From assembly GCA_045047115.1 (NCBI GenBank), contig JASFYR010000019.1, forward strand, positions 32,001 through 96,000: 64,000 nucleotides of DNA. The letters are read 5' to 3'. Below, piece by piece: positions 39,108 through 48,879 of the stretch. The notes beneath the pieces are model-generated. The model worked only from the letters and a program-made list of their open reading frames with translations. It was not told the DNA's origin and ran no database searches. Made by a program: the position numbers and the translations under genes. The stretch's first letter is position 1, and each line of letters opens with the position of its first letter. This DNA is from Sulfurospirillum sp. (GTDB lineage: Bacteria; Campylobacterota; Campylobacteria; Campylobacterales; Sulfurospirillaceae).

Positions 39108-40196
39108 ATGATGTATTTTAAGAAGTGGAAAGACCACAGGGGATACACCCTAGGGGCAGAATTGGAGGCGAGGATTCAGGATTCACAGAGTTTTGAGCTG
39201 AAAAACTACTCATCTGTTATAAGAGAGAGGTTTAGTGACGAATACAGACAAAAGATACATCAAGAGTTTCTTGAATGTATGGTGGAGTTTGTAAGTCCGG
39301 TTTGTGAAAGCTCTTTTGAGGTTATAAGAGAACTTAAAGAGCAGATTTTATATCTCAAAGAGATAATCAAAGATGATGGTATTACCATAGCTACTTCAGG
39401 TTCACACTCCTATAAAATAGGAGCATTGGAGCATGTAAACGAAAAGAGATATGATGATTTTGCAGATGAATACGGTATATTGCTCTCCCGTTTTCATATC
39501 TGTGGTTTTCATATACATGTAGCTCTAAAATCCTCAGTAGAAGCTATGAGGGCATACAACTTTTCACTCGAATTTCTACCCATTTTTTTAGCTCTTAGTG
39601 CAAACTCTCCATACTTTAATGGTGAAGATGCAAGGCTTTTGTCTTATCGTGCAAAGATATTTGAGCAGCTTCCGCGAGCCGGGCAATCTAGCTATTTTGA
39701 AAATTTTTCGCAAATGAAAGAGTTATACGAAAAAATGAATCAAGCAGGCAGTGTAAAAAGTGCCAAAGATATCTGGTGGGACTTACGAATCAGTCCAAAA
39801 TTTGGAACTTTGGAGATAAGGATATGTGATGCCAGTAGCGACTTTGAAAGGCTTAGGCTTTTGATTGTCTTATTTCAGGCGCTATGTCTTTTTGCTCAAA
39901 ATCAAGAGCTAAGAAGAATTCCACATCAGATTTTACTGCAAAACAGATGGAATGCTTTGAGACACGGACTAGATGGACTCTTTCAAAACAATGATGTCAT
40001 AACTACGGTAAGAGAGCATTTTTTAGATTTAGTAAATCGTATGGAAAAAAGTGGTATATTTTCAAAATTAGAAACCCAGGATGATATAGCCAAACTCAAA
40101 GATTTGGCTTATCGAGATGAGCTGGCAAAAAAACAACTCAAAGTCTATGAAGATACAAAAGATTTCAAAGAAGTGGAGAAACTAGGGGTATTATGA
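39108..40196 (+). CDS. YbdK/GCS2 family carboxylate-amine (glutamate-cysteine-like) ligase
   Basis: TLGAELE, CGFHIHV, ALSANSPY, IWWDLR.SP.FGTLEIRICD; GAGGAG RBS. Confidence 0.9.
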   Translation: MMYFKKWKDHRGYTLGAELEARIQDSQSFELKNYSSVIRERFSDEYRQKIHQEFLECMVEFVSPVCESSFEVIRELKEQILYLKEIIKDDGITIATSGSHSYKIGALEHVNEKRYDDFADEYGILLSRFHICGFHIHVALKSSVEAMRAYNFSLEFLPIFLALSANSPYFNGEDARLLSYRAKIFEQLPRAGQSSYFENFSQMKELYEKMNQAGSVKSAKDIWWDLRISPKFGTLEIRICDASSDFERLRLLIVLFQALCLFAQNQELRRIPHQILLQNRWNALRHGLDGLFQNNDVITTVREHFLDLVNRMEKSGIFSKLETQDDIAKLKDLAYRDELAKKQLKVYEDTKDFKEVEKLGVL

Positions 40197-41725
40197 GCGA
40201 AAACAGACTGCAGGGTGTAATAAGCGCAGGTGATATAAATACTGCCAAAGCCGGTGAAGAGATATTGAAAAAAGGTGGCAATGCCTATGATGCCATGATA
40301 GCTTGTCTGTTGGCAGCGCCTCTTTGTGAGCCGATTCTCACCAGCCTTGGCGGAGGCGGCTTTATGCTGAGTCGCAAAAAAGACGAAGATCCTGTGGTTT
40401 ATGACTTTTTTGTTGATGTTCCTCCTAAGAGTATAGAAGAGCCGGAGTTTTTCCCTGTAGATGTTGATTTTGGTGCTACTGTGCAAGAGTTTCATATAGG
40501 ATGTGGTGCAGTTGCAGTACCCGGAGTTGTAAAAGGAATATGGCAGATATATGAAGATTTGTCTTCTATGCCTATGGAAGAGCTCATAAAGCCGGCATAT
40601 AGATATGCAAGCAAGGGTATCTACATCACTAAAATACAAGCTGATTTTTTAAAGCTTTTAACTCCTATATTTACTTCAACAAAAGGCTCTCGTGATCTAT
40701 ATGTCAGAGATGGAAGATTGATAGATGAGAGAGATCTTTTTAAAAATGAGGATTATGCCGATTTTTTAAAAAAGTTTGCAAAAGAGGGCTCGGATATATT
40801 TTATAAAGGTGAGGTAGCAAATAGTATAGAGATTTTGTGTGAGAAAAACAGAGGACTTTTAAATGCAAAGATTTTGAAAAGCTATAAAGTTATAAAAAAA
40901 GCCCCCCTAAAGTTCAGATATAGAGATTATGATATTTTTACCAATCCTCCCCCTTCTAGTGGTGGCATTTTGACTGCTTTTAGCTTGCTTTTACTTGAAA
41001 ATGAAAAACTGGGTGGATACAGAACCAAAGAGTATTTTAATGAACTTATAGAGGCTCAAAAGATCACAGGGGATTTTAGAGCTAAGTATGTGGATGAGTT
41101 TTTGCATACAAATAATTTAAGAGATGTATTAAAAAATAACAAGCTGTTAGATAGTTTTCGAGATGAATTTAATCATAGAGTAAATATATGGGGAAACACA
41201 ACTCATATCAGCATCATAGATAAAGATGGAAATGGAGCCAGTGTGACCACAACAAATGGCGAAGCAAGCGGATATATAGTGCCGGGAACCGGCATAATGC
41301 TAAACAATATGCTAGGCGAAGAGGATCTGAATCCTCATGGATTTTTTGGATGGGAGTGTGGCATAAGATTGCCTTCGATGATGGCACCAACTGCTGTATT
41401 AAAAGATGAAAAACTTCTGCTTTTGCTAGGAAGTGCCGGAAGCAATCGTATAAGAAGTGCACTGTTGCAAACCATACTAAACTATACACATTTTGATATG
41501 TCAGTACAAGATGCTATAGATGAGCCAAGAGTTCACTATGAAGCCAATACAATCTTCACAGAGCCACCTTTGTATATAGAGCTAAAAAACTTAAATAATG
41601 CATATAAACTAAAGCAGTTTGATGCCTTGAACCTCTTTTTTGGTGGAGTTCAGGCAGTCAGCGGCGATATGGATGCAGGTGCAGACCCCAGGAGAGGCGC
41701 ATCTGTGCTGAAAGTAAAACTTTAA
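40193..41725 (+). CDS. ggt: gamma-glutamyltransferase family protein (no signal peptide)
   Basis: GGNAYDA, LGGGGF, NTTHISIID nucleophile, LNNMLGE, PSMMAPT, ADPRR. Confidence 0.9.
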   Translation: MSENRLQGVISAGDINTAKAGEEILKKGGNAYDAMIACLLAAPLCEPILTSLGGGGFMLSRKKDEDPVVYDFFVDVPPKSIEEPEFFPVDVDFGATVQEFHIGCGAVAVPGVVKGIWQIYEDLSSMPMEELIKPAYRYASKGIYITKIQADFLKLLTPIFTSTKGSRDLYVRDGRLIDERDLFKNEDYADFLKKFAKEGSDIFYKGEVANSIEILCEKNRGLLNAKILKSYKVIKKAPLKFRYRDYDIFTNPPPSSGGILTAFSLLLLENEKLGGYRTKEYFNELIEAQKITGDFRAKYVDEFLHTNNLRDVLKNNKLLDSFRDEFNHRVNIWGNTTHISIIDKDGNGASVTTTNGEASGYIVPGTGIMLNNMLGEEDLNPHGFFGWECGIRLPSMMAPTAVLKDEKLLLLLGSAGSNRIRSALLQTILNYTHFDMSVQDAIDEPRVHYEANTIFTEPPLYIELKNLNNAYKLKQFDALNLFFGGVQAVSGDMDAGADPRRGASVLKVKL

Positions 41726-41819
41726 TATAAGTAAATTCTAATGGTTATTATTATTTTACCATATAATAAGTTAAATTTTGATACCATGCAACATTAAAAT
41801 TTTAAAAAAGAATAAATCA

Positions 41820-42857
41820 GTGACTATTTTGAAACTATTATTTACCGTTTTTTTATCTTATATCCTTGTAAAAAACTTGATTCGTTTTGCATACATTTTA
41901 AATTTTTTAGATATACCAAATGAGCGAAGCTATCATGTTGATGCTACACCCAGAGCCGGCGGTATAGGTTTCGTACTTTCTTTTTTTATTTCTATTCTAC
42001 TCTTTAATTTTTCTTTATTTGTGGAAAACTGGTATCTGTTTGTATCTGTTTTTATGGTGTTTTTGGTTGGGGTTGTTGACGACAAGTATGAAGTATCTGC
42101 AAAATTAAAATTTATCGTTATCTTTTTTGCTGTTTTTTTACTTTGGTTTTACGGTCTGAGTATAGATACTATAGGATATTGGTTTGGACAACAAATCAAT
42201 CTTGTTTGGTGGATAGCACTTCCTTTCAGTATGTTTGCACTAGCTGGTTTTACAAACGCTCTAAATCTTGTAGACGGTTTGGACGGTTTGGCTTCTTGTA
42301 TATCTATTGTTATTATCATCTTTTTTGGACTCATAGGTTTAGACCATCAAGACGCACTTATGATTGATATCTCCTTTTATACCATTGCTTCTCTTGCGGG
42401 GTTTTTGTTTTTAAATTGGAATCCTGCCAAGATTTTTATGGGAGACAGCGGGAGTTTGACTCTTGGTTTCATCATAAGTGTACTTGCTGTTTTGAGTCTA
42501 AAGTATATCCACCCTGTATTTATTCTGTATCTTGCGGCTTTGCCTATTTTAGACACTCTTATAGTGATGCTAAGGCGTATCCGAAGAGGAAAGTCTCCAT
42601 TTTCTCCGGATAAGACTCATATACACCATATACTTGTAAAGTTTTTTGAAAATGACATTAAGAGGACAGTAGCTTTTTTGGTTGTTTTACAGACGATATT
42701 TAGCAGTATCGGTTATATGTTGCTAGAGATAGAGATTAGTGAAAGAGGTAATGTTATTCCATTTTTTGCATTGCTTATATTTTTGATGATGTTTTTGTTG
42801 TTTTATATGATATTTACCGGTATGAAAAAACGACAAAAGTTATTAGATATAAGATAG
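41820..42857 (+). CDS. wecA: WecA/MraY family UDP-GlcNAc:undecaprenyl-phosphate transferase
   Basis: D.PNERS.H..TPRAGG, GVVDD, NALNLVDGLDGLA, FMGDSGS, DKTHIHH; start uncertain. Confidence 0.88.
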   Translation: MTILKLLFTVFLSYILVKNLIRFAYILNFLDIPNERSYHVDATPRAGGIGFVLSFFISILLFNFSLFVENWYLFVSVFMVFLVGVVDDKYEVSAKLKFIVIFFAVFLLWFYGLSIDTIGYWFGQQINLVWWIALPFSMFALAGFTNALNLVDGLDGLASCISIVIIIFFGLIGLDHQDALMIDISFYTIASLAGFLFLNWNPAKIFMGDSGSLTLGFIISVLAVLSLKYIHPVFILYLAALPILDTLIVMLRRIRRGKSPFSPDKTHIHHILVKFFENDIKRTVAFLVVLQTIFSSIGYMLLEIEISERGNVIPFFALLIFLMMFLLFYMIFTGMKKRQKLLDIR

Positions 42858-42941
42858 CGTTGAATTTGGTGTCTCTAATATAAATTTATGTAAATATTAG
42901 ATATTATATTGTCTTATTTTATTTTTAAAGAAGGTGTTTGT

Positions 42942-45698
42942 ATGTTTAAAAAAAGTTTTTTGTTTATCACTCTGTTTTCGAGCTTGGTTTTAGCCGGAGT
43001 TTCTCAAACTCAAGTTATAAATGCTGTTAAAGCAAATCCTGCCCTTTTAAATACACCTCAGGCAAAAGCCGAGATGGCAAAAAGAGGCATAAGCAAAAGT
43101 GAAGTACTCTCCAAGATAAACAACACAACCACGGTAAATAAAAATAATACAGATGCAAATCATGCAAAAAACAAGGTTGATTTAAAAGATAATTCAAGCC
43201 AAAACAAAGTGGTTCCAAAAAAACTTTTTAATAGCAGTGCCTCCATAAATCCACTAAAATATAAAGAAAACTATACACTCTTAAAAGAGATAAAATCAAA
43301 ACAATCCATCAAAAAAAGAAAAAACCTCACTAGATATGGTTTAAACTTCTTTAGAAATAAAAACACTCTAAGCACAGATTCCCTGCCCGTTCCTAGCTAC
43401 TATGTTCTTGGTTATGGGGATGGCGTATCCATATGGGTTTATGGTACCAAAAATGAAAATTTTACTCTCAAAATTGACAATAACGGTAATATAAATCTAC
43501 CAAAATACGGACCTCTGCATGTAGTTGGGAAGCAGTTTGGAGAGATAGAAGGATATATAAAAGAGAAGCTTAAAAACTTCTACTCAAACTCTGATGTAAT
43601 TGTAAATATTTCCAGTTATTCCACTATACAGGTAAATCTTGTTGGTGATGTTGTAGCACCCGGAGTTTACAATGTAAATGCCCTATCCACAGTCAAAAAT
43701 CTTCTCATAGCCTCACATGGTGTTAAAGATACGGGCAGTCTTAGAAATATAATCATTAAAAGAGACGGTAAGATTTTGGATAGTATAGATTTTTACAGAC
43801 TTCTTCAAAACGGCGATGAGTCTCTAGGGATAATTCTAAGATCAAATGACACAATCTTTGTGCCAAAAGCAAATAAAATAGTATCAATTGACGGAGAAGT
43901 AAATAATCCTGCAAAATTTGAACTCAAATCAAGTGAAACACTGGCAAACCTTGTAAAATATGCAGGCGGAATAAAAGCAAGTGCAAGCAGATATGGTTTT
44001 ATAATCAACAGATACCTGCAAAATAAAAAGATGAAAACCATAGAGGTGGACTACAATAAGATAAGAAACTTCAGATTGTTAAATAATGATAGAGTTTATG
44101 TCTACAAAATAGATAAAATTCATAAAGAGAGTGTTTATCTCTATGGCAATGTAGTAAGACCTGGAGAAAAAGAGCTTGCAAAAAGTAGAAGTCTAAGAGA
44201 TCTGTTTAAGGATGAAATTTCAAAAGTAGGCTTAAAGGGAGTATTTTTGGGCGATACCCTCTTCTCTTATGCACTCATAAAAAGCAAAACAAAAAATTTA
44301 GACACAGAGATAAAAAGCTTCAATTTATCAAATATCTTAAATGGTAAAAAAGACATAAAACTAAACAATGATGATGAGATATATATATTTAACAAATACA
44401 ACAGCAGTATAACTCCGTATATAACCGTTCACGGAATTCCCATTGTAAATCAAGGAAAATATAGATACTTTAACGGTATAAAGATTTCAGATATTTTAGC
44501 GCAGGCCGGAACTATTTCATACTTTAAAGACTATAGTAAGATAAAAGTTACTACTTATAACACTAAAAACTATATGCCAAAGATATCTATTTTAACAGGC
44601 AAAGAGGCAGAAAATTTTAAATTATCCCCTTTTGATGATATAGAAGTTTATGATTACTATGCCCAACATCATATAAAAACCATAAAAATATCCGGAGAGG
44701 TTAACTTTCCTAAAAAATACAGCTTAAATGACCATACAACACTTAAAGATGCCATAAAGATAGCCGGAGGTTTTACTCCTAAAGCGTATAAGAGTTATTT
44801 TGAGGTACTAAGATACTACATAAAAGATAATAAAAGAGAAAAAAAACTCATAAATGTACCATACGACAAACTTGGAACATTTGAGCTGAAAGACTATGAT
44901 GAGATAACAGTGCATATCATACCAAATTGGAGAGACAGAGAGACTGTAACCGTAAAGGGCGAAGTGAACTTTCCTGGTACATATGTTATAGAATCAGGTG
45001 ACAAACTCTCAGATATCATCAAAAGAGCCGGTGGTTACACAGATAAAGCATTTTTAGAAGGTGCAATTTTTACAAGAGAGTCTATAAAGAAACTCCAAAG
45101 ACAAAGACTTAAACAGTCAATTGTGGAGTTAAAACAAAAAGCCATATCGCTTAGTGTAGCTCCAAATGAGGTGGGTCAAGGAAAAACAAAAGTCAACTTT
45201 ATAGAACTTACAAATGCGATAGACAAGATATCTGCTGAAGCACAAAGCTTGCAGCCTATAGGAAGAATTTCCATAGCTTTAAACGAAGATATGGATAAAT
45301 TTGCAAAGAGCAGATCAAATATAGTCTTAAAAGACAAAGATACCCTCACTATACCGTCTAAAAACGATACTATACTTGTAGTTGGAGAAGTTATGAGTCC
45401 AACTGCTATAGTGTATGAGAGTAATGATGTAAACTACTATATAAACAAGGCAGGTGGCTTGTCATCCGGGGCAGAGAAAAGTGGTATATATGTAGTGCAT
45501 GCAAATGGAAGTGCTGAGAGATTGAGCACAGGTTGGTTTAGCGATAAAACTACTCATATAGTAAAAAGAGGTGATACTATAATAGTCCCAAAAGAACTTG
45601 TAACTCTTACAGGGCTTCAAATCACAAAAGATATATCTTCTATATTTTATCAGTTTTCTTTGACAGCCGTGGCTATGCATGCAGTAGGAGCACTATGA
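42942..45698 (+). CDS. multi-SLBB polysaccharide export protein (Wza/KpsD/OtnA-like)
   Basis: YVLGYGD poly_export domain; repeated GEV..P...AGG SLBB units; signal peptide. Confidence 0.88.
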   Translation: MFKKSFLFITLFSSLVLAGVSQTQVINAVKANPALLNTPQAKAEMAKRGISKSEVLSKINNTTTVNKNNTDANHAKNKVDLKDNSSQNKVVPKKLFNSSASINPLKYKENYTLLKEIKSKQSIKKRKNLTRYGLNFFRNKNTLSTDSLPVPSYYVLGYGDGVSIWVYGTKNENFTLKIDNNGNINLPKYGPLHVVGKQFGEIEGYIKEKLKNFYSNSDVIVNISSYSTIQVNLVGDVVAPGVYNVNALSTVKNLLIASHGVKDTGSLRNIIIKRDGKILDSIDFYRLLQNGDESLGIILRSNDTIFVPKANKIVSIDGEVNNPAKFELKSSETLANLVKYAGGIKASASRYGFIINRYLQNKKMKTIEVDYNKIRNFRLLNNDRVYVYKIDKIHKESVYLYGNVVRPGEKELAKSRSLRDLFKDEISKVGLKGVFLGDTLFSYALIKSKTKNLDTEIKSFNLSNILNGKKDIKLNNDDEIYIFNKYNSSITPYITVHGIPIVNQGKYRYFNGIKISDILAQAGTISYFKDYSKIKVTTYNTKNYMPKISILTGKEAENFKLSPFDDIEVYDYYAQHHIKTIKISGEVNFPKKYSLNDHTTLKDAIKIAGGFTPKAYKSYFEVLRYYIKDNKREKKLINVPYDKLGTFELKDYDEITVHIIPNWRDRETVTVKGEVNFPGTYVIESGDKLSDIIKRAGGYTDKAFLEGAIFTRESIKKLQRQRLKQSIVELKQKAISLSVAPNEVGQGKTKVNFIELTNAIDKISAEAQSLQPIGRISIALNEDMDKFAKSRSNIVLKDKDTLTIPSKNDTILVVGEVMSPTAIVYESNDVNYYINKAGGLSSGAEKSGIYVVHANGSAERLSTGWFSDKTTHIVKRGDTIIVPKELVTLTGLQITKDISSIFYQFSLTAVAMHAVGAL

Positions 45699-45699
45699 T

Positions 45700-46632
45700 A
45701 TGCAAAATACCAATCAAAATACTAACTGTATAGAAGAAGACGAGATAGATTTAAGAGAGCTTTTTGCAACTATTTGGGGCAATAAATTTAAAATTATAAT
45801 TTTTACATTTGTCATTACATCTTTGACTTTGATATATGTTTTGCGTTTGCCAAACAGCTATAGATCTTCAGTGGTCCTGGCACCACAAGAACAGAGCAAA
45901 GGTGCAAGTCTTGGAGGTCTTTCTGCGCTTGCAGGTATGGCGGGAATCAATCTGGGCGGAAGTAGTATGGATGCTTATAACTCCATGAAAACCATCTTGG
46001 ATAATGATGCCTTTGAAGAGATGATTATCAAAAAATACAACTTGGATAAAAAACTAACTCCGGAGTATATGGATAAAAATCTAGTATTTGCTTTTGGTTA
46101 TAGGGGTATATATGATTTATTTAAATCAAAAGCTAAAAAAGATAAAAGTAAAGATGAGATCATCTACAATACTATAAAGAGGTTAAAAAAAATAGTTTCC
46201 CTAAGCAGTGATAAAAAAAGTGGAGCTATAACATTGAGTGTTGAATTGCAAGATAGATTTTTAGCTGAAAAATTACTAGAGATATATCTCAATGAAACTA
46301 CAAATTATTTGCGAAAACTTGATATGCAAGATATCAGTAAAAAACTCAAATACTATAAAAATGAACTCTCAAACATAAGTGATATAGAACTTAAAACTCA
46401 AATCAGCCAGCTTATATCATCTTTGATACAAAAAAAGGTGCTATCTTCTGCCAGTGAGTACTACAATGTAAGATTGATGACTAAGCCATATGTGCCTTTT
46501 ATCAAAGATAAATCAAAGCCAAAAAGAGCGCTCATACTCATAGTGGCATTTATAACTTCTATCATTTTGGCAATTTTTGGAGTCTTTTTTATCGAATTTT
46601 TAAGAAACGAAAAAGAAGAGACAAAAGGCTAG
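45700..46632 (+). CDS. wzz: Wzz-type chain length determinant
   Basis: EDEIDLRELF, two TM helices, KSKPKRALIL. Confidence 0.88.
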   Translation: MQNTNQNTNCIEEDEIDLRELFATIWGNKFKIIIFTFVITSLTLIYVLRLPNSYRSSVVLAPQEQSKGASLGGLSALAGMAGINLGGSSMDAYNSMKTILDNDAFEEMIIKKYNLDKKLTPEYMDKNLVFAFGYRGIYDLFKSKAKKDKSKDEIIYNTIKRLKKIVSLSSDKKSGAITLSVELQDRFLAEKLLEIYLNETTNYLRKLDMQDISKKLKYYKNELSNISDIELKTQISQLISSLIQKKVLSSASEYYNVRLMTKPYVPFIKDKSKPKRALILIVAFITSIILAIFGVFFIEFLRNEKEETKG

Positions 46633-46645
46633 TTCATAAATTAGC

Positions 46646-48145
46646 CTAATTTATAGTTCTAAACTTATAAGAAAAGCCTACATCTACAGCCATAGTATCT
46701 AGATTTCCATCTATGGCTTTTACCTTTCCAAATGATGTCTGAACTCCAAAGCTGTTGTTTATCTTGTACTCTGCTCCTATCATGGGTTGATATATCATAC
46801 CGTTTCCTGTAGCGACACTTCCGCCACCTGCAACGCCGATTGACATCTGTGCAAATAGATTTATCTTCTCTCCCACAGGTATTCTTCTCCCCAAACCTAC
46901 TAGCCCGACTGCATAGCCTCCAGAGTGTCCGCTATACGCACCTAAAGCCTGTCCGCTTATATAGAAGTTTTTATCAAGGTATTTGTCGATTTTAAATCCT
47001 ATTAAACTTAATGCTGAGGCATCCGAGTTCTTTCTTATACTTTTATCGCCTAGGTAGTATTGGTTTGAGATTTCAAAGTTCCATTCATAATCTCCAAAAC
47101 TTTGATAGCTCCTTAAGGGTTGTAAATTTTTGCCGATTGAGAGTGATTTGAGTCTGTAGTTAAAATCAAACTTGAGCAAAGTGGCTTTGAAATTTCCGTC
47201 AAATGCGCCTATATGACCAACCTCAAAACCAAGTGAAAATTTGTTGTTCAATTTTGCATACAATCCGAGAGCTTCTTTGTGTATGACGCCTCCACCTGTA
47301 TCAACCTTTCCTCCACCTGCGGCACCCAAAGAAGCCTTTGCATAAACACCAAAATGTCGGGTAAACGCTTTTTTGTATCCTATGCCCCCCGATACTTCAG
47401 CATATCCATCAGTACCGCCTCCTGCTGCTCCTGCTGCTTCACCAAATAAAAACAGATTTTTATCCAGCTCATAACCATACTCAAATCCTACCAGACTCAT
47501 ATCTTTTTTCATTGAGTTTCCAGATGTGTTTTTAACACCGCCTGGTATCATATACCTTTGCAAAGTCACAGCAAAATAGCTATCACTCCAGCCCATGTCA
47601 GTATGAGTTGATTTCATAAAATCTGATATATCATCTAATATCATAGGAGAGTTTGTATTCTTTTTATGAACAGCTTCAAAAGGTATGGATAGTTGTAAAA
47701 AAACCTGATTGCTGTCTATATTTCCGTTTGGAAATTTAACCTTGCTAAATCCAAGCCCTACTTTGTAGCCAGAGATGGTATATAACAGCGCTATGTGAGG
47801 TCTGAGCATAAGCCCGCCACCCTGAGGTGCTGATCCGCCTCCGCCTCCGCCTGCAAATACTCCGGCATCAAGAGAAAAATTGCGACCTAAAGTGTATTTG
47901 TATCCAGCTTCCAATCCTCCGGTGAAAAATCCGCCCCTTTGCCCCGATACTGCACTATACACTCCAAGACCAAGGTATGCGTGATCAAAATCATACAGAT
48001 AGCCAGTACCTAATAATCCCAATTTTTCATTTCCGGGCAGAATTAAACTGTCATAAGTTATACTATAGTGCCCTTTTTGTATAAAAAGATCACTGGACAA
48101 AAGTGACAGAGCGGTAGCAAAAGTAAAAATAAGAATTTTTTTCAT
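46646..48145 (-). CDS. outer-membrane beta-barrel protein with three internal repeats
   Basis: signal peptide, amphipathic strands, three Gly-rich repeats, C-terminal GFSYKF. Confidence 0.75.
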   Translation of the reverse strand: MKKILIFTFATALSLLSSDLFIQKGHYSITYDSLILPGNEKLGLLGTGYLYDFDHAYLGLGVYSAVSGQRGGFFTGGLEAGYKYTLGRNFSLDAGVFAGGGGGGSAPQGGGLMLRPHIALLYTISGYKVGLGFSKVKFPNGNIDSNQVFLQLSIPFEAVHKKNTNSPMILDDISDFMKSTHTDMGWSDSYFAVTLQRYMIPGGVKNTSGNSMKKDMSLVGFEYGYELDKNLFLFGEAAGAAGGGTDGYAEVSGGIGYKKAFTRHFGVYAKASLGAAGGGKVDTGGGVIHKEALGLYAKLNNKFSLGFEVGHIGAFDGNFKATLLKFDFNYRLKSLSIGKNLQPLRSYQSFGDYEWNFEISNQYYLGDKSIRKNSDASALSLIGFKIDKYLDKNFYISGQALGAYSGHSGGYAVGLVGLGRRIPVGEKINLFAQMSIGVAGGGSVATGNGMIYQPMIGAEYKINNSFGVQTSFGKVKAIDGNLDTMAVDVGFSYKFRTIN

Positions 48146-48263
48146 ATCAAGCCTAGATTTTAAATATTTTCAATTAAAGACACTCATTATAACGAGAATA
48201 AAATGAGATGTGCATTAAAAATCAAAAGTTGCTTGACATATTAATTTATATATGATAATATTC

Positions 48264-48287
48264 TCATATGAACAAAACTTCATATGA
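48264..48287. promoter_or_regulatory. ArsR/SmtB-type operator downstream of TTGACA (48233) promoter
   Basis: TCATATGAA-CAAAAC-TTCATATGA inverted repeat. Confidence 0.78.
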
Positions 48288-48299
48288 AAAGGATTTGAA

Positions 48300-48506
48300 A
48301 TGAAAAAAATATTTAAAGCAAAAAACATAAGTTGCATCAACTGTGCCAATCTCATAAAAAACTCTTTGGAGGATGATTTTGGTAAGATTGAAGTTAATCT
48401 TGATACTACTCCCAAAGAGGTAACTTTGGAGATTCCAAATGAAGAAGTTGAGGCAAAATTTAAAGCCGAAATGGAAGAGTTGGGATATGCTGTGATAGAA
48501 GATTGA
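48300..48506 (+). CDS. heavy-metal-associated (CopZ-like) chaperone
   Basis: ISCINC motif, 68 aa. Confidence 0.88.
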   Translation: MKKIFKAKNISCINCANLIKNSLEDDFGKIEVNLDTTPKEVTLEIPNEEVEAKFKAEMEELGYAVIED

Positions 48507-48507
48507 T

Positions 48508-48879
48508 ATGAAAGATTCAAAAAAACTCATAAGATCCTGCTGTGAAGGAATCAGCTATATAAGTGATATAGACAGAATTTTGCCGAGTGATGATGAAATC
48601 ATAAAACTTACCTATATCTTTAAAGCACTCAGTGACCCAATGCGAGCAAAGATGCTCTTTGCTCTGCTTGATTATGAGATATGTGTAGGAGAGATGTCAA
48701 ATCTACTTGGTGTCTCTCAGTCTCATGTCTCTCATCAGTTCAAGATTTTGCGTAGGTATGAGATAGTGACATTTACCAAAGACAAAAAGATGTCCTTTTA
48801 CAGAATTATAAATGAAGAGGTCAAAGACTTGCTTCATACAGCACTAAAAAGTATAAAACCATGTCAAAAGAGAAAATAA
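48508..48879 (+). CDS. ArsR/SmtB (CadC-like) metalloregulator
   Basis: FKALSDPMR, EICVGE, SQSHVSHQ; N-terminal CC. Confidence 0.9.
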   Translation: MKDSKKLIRSCCEGISYISDIDRILPSDDEIIKLTYIFKALSDPMRAKMLFALLDYEICVGEMSNLLGVSQSHVSHQFKILRRYEIVTFTKDKKMSFYRIINEEVKDLLHTALKSIKPCQKRK

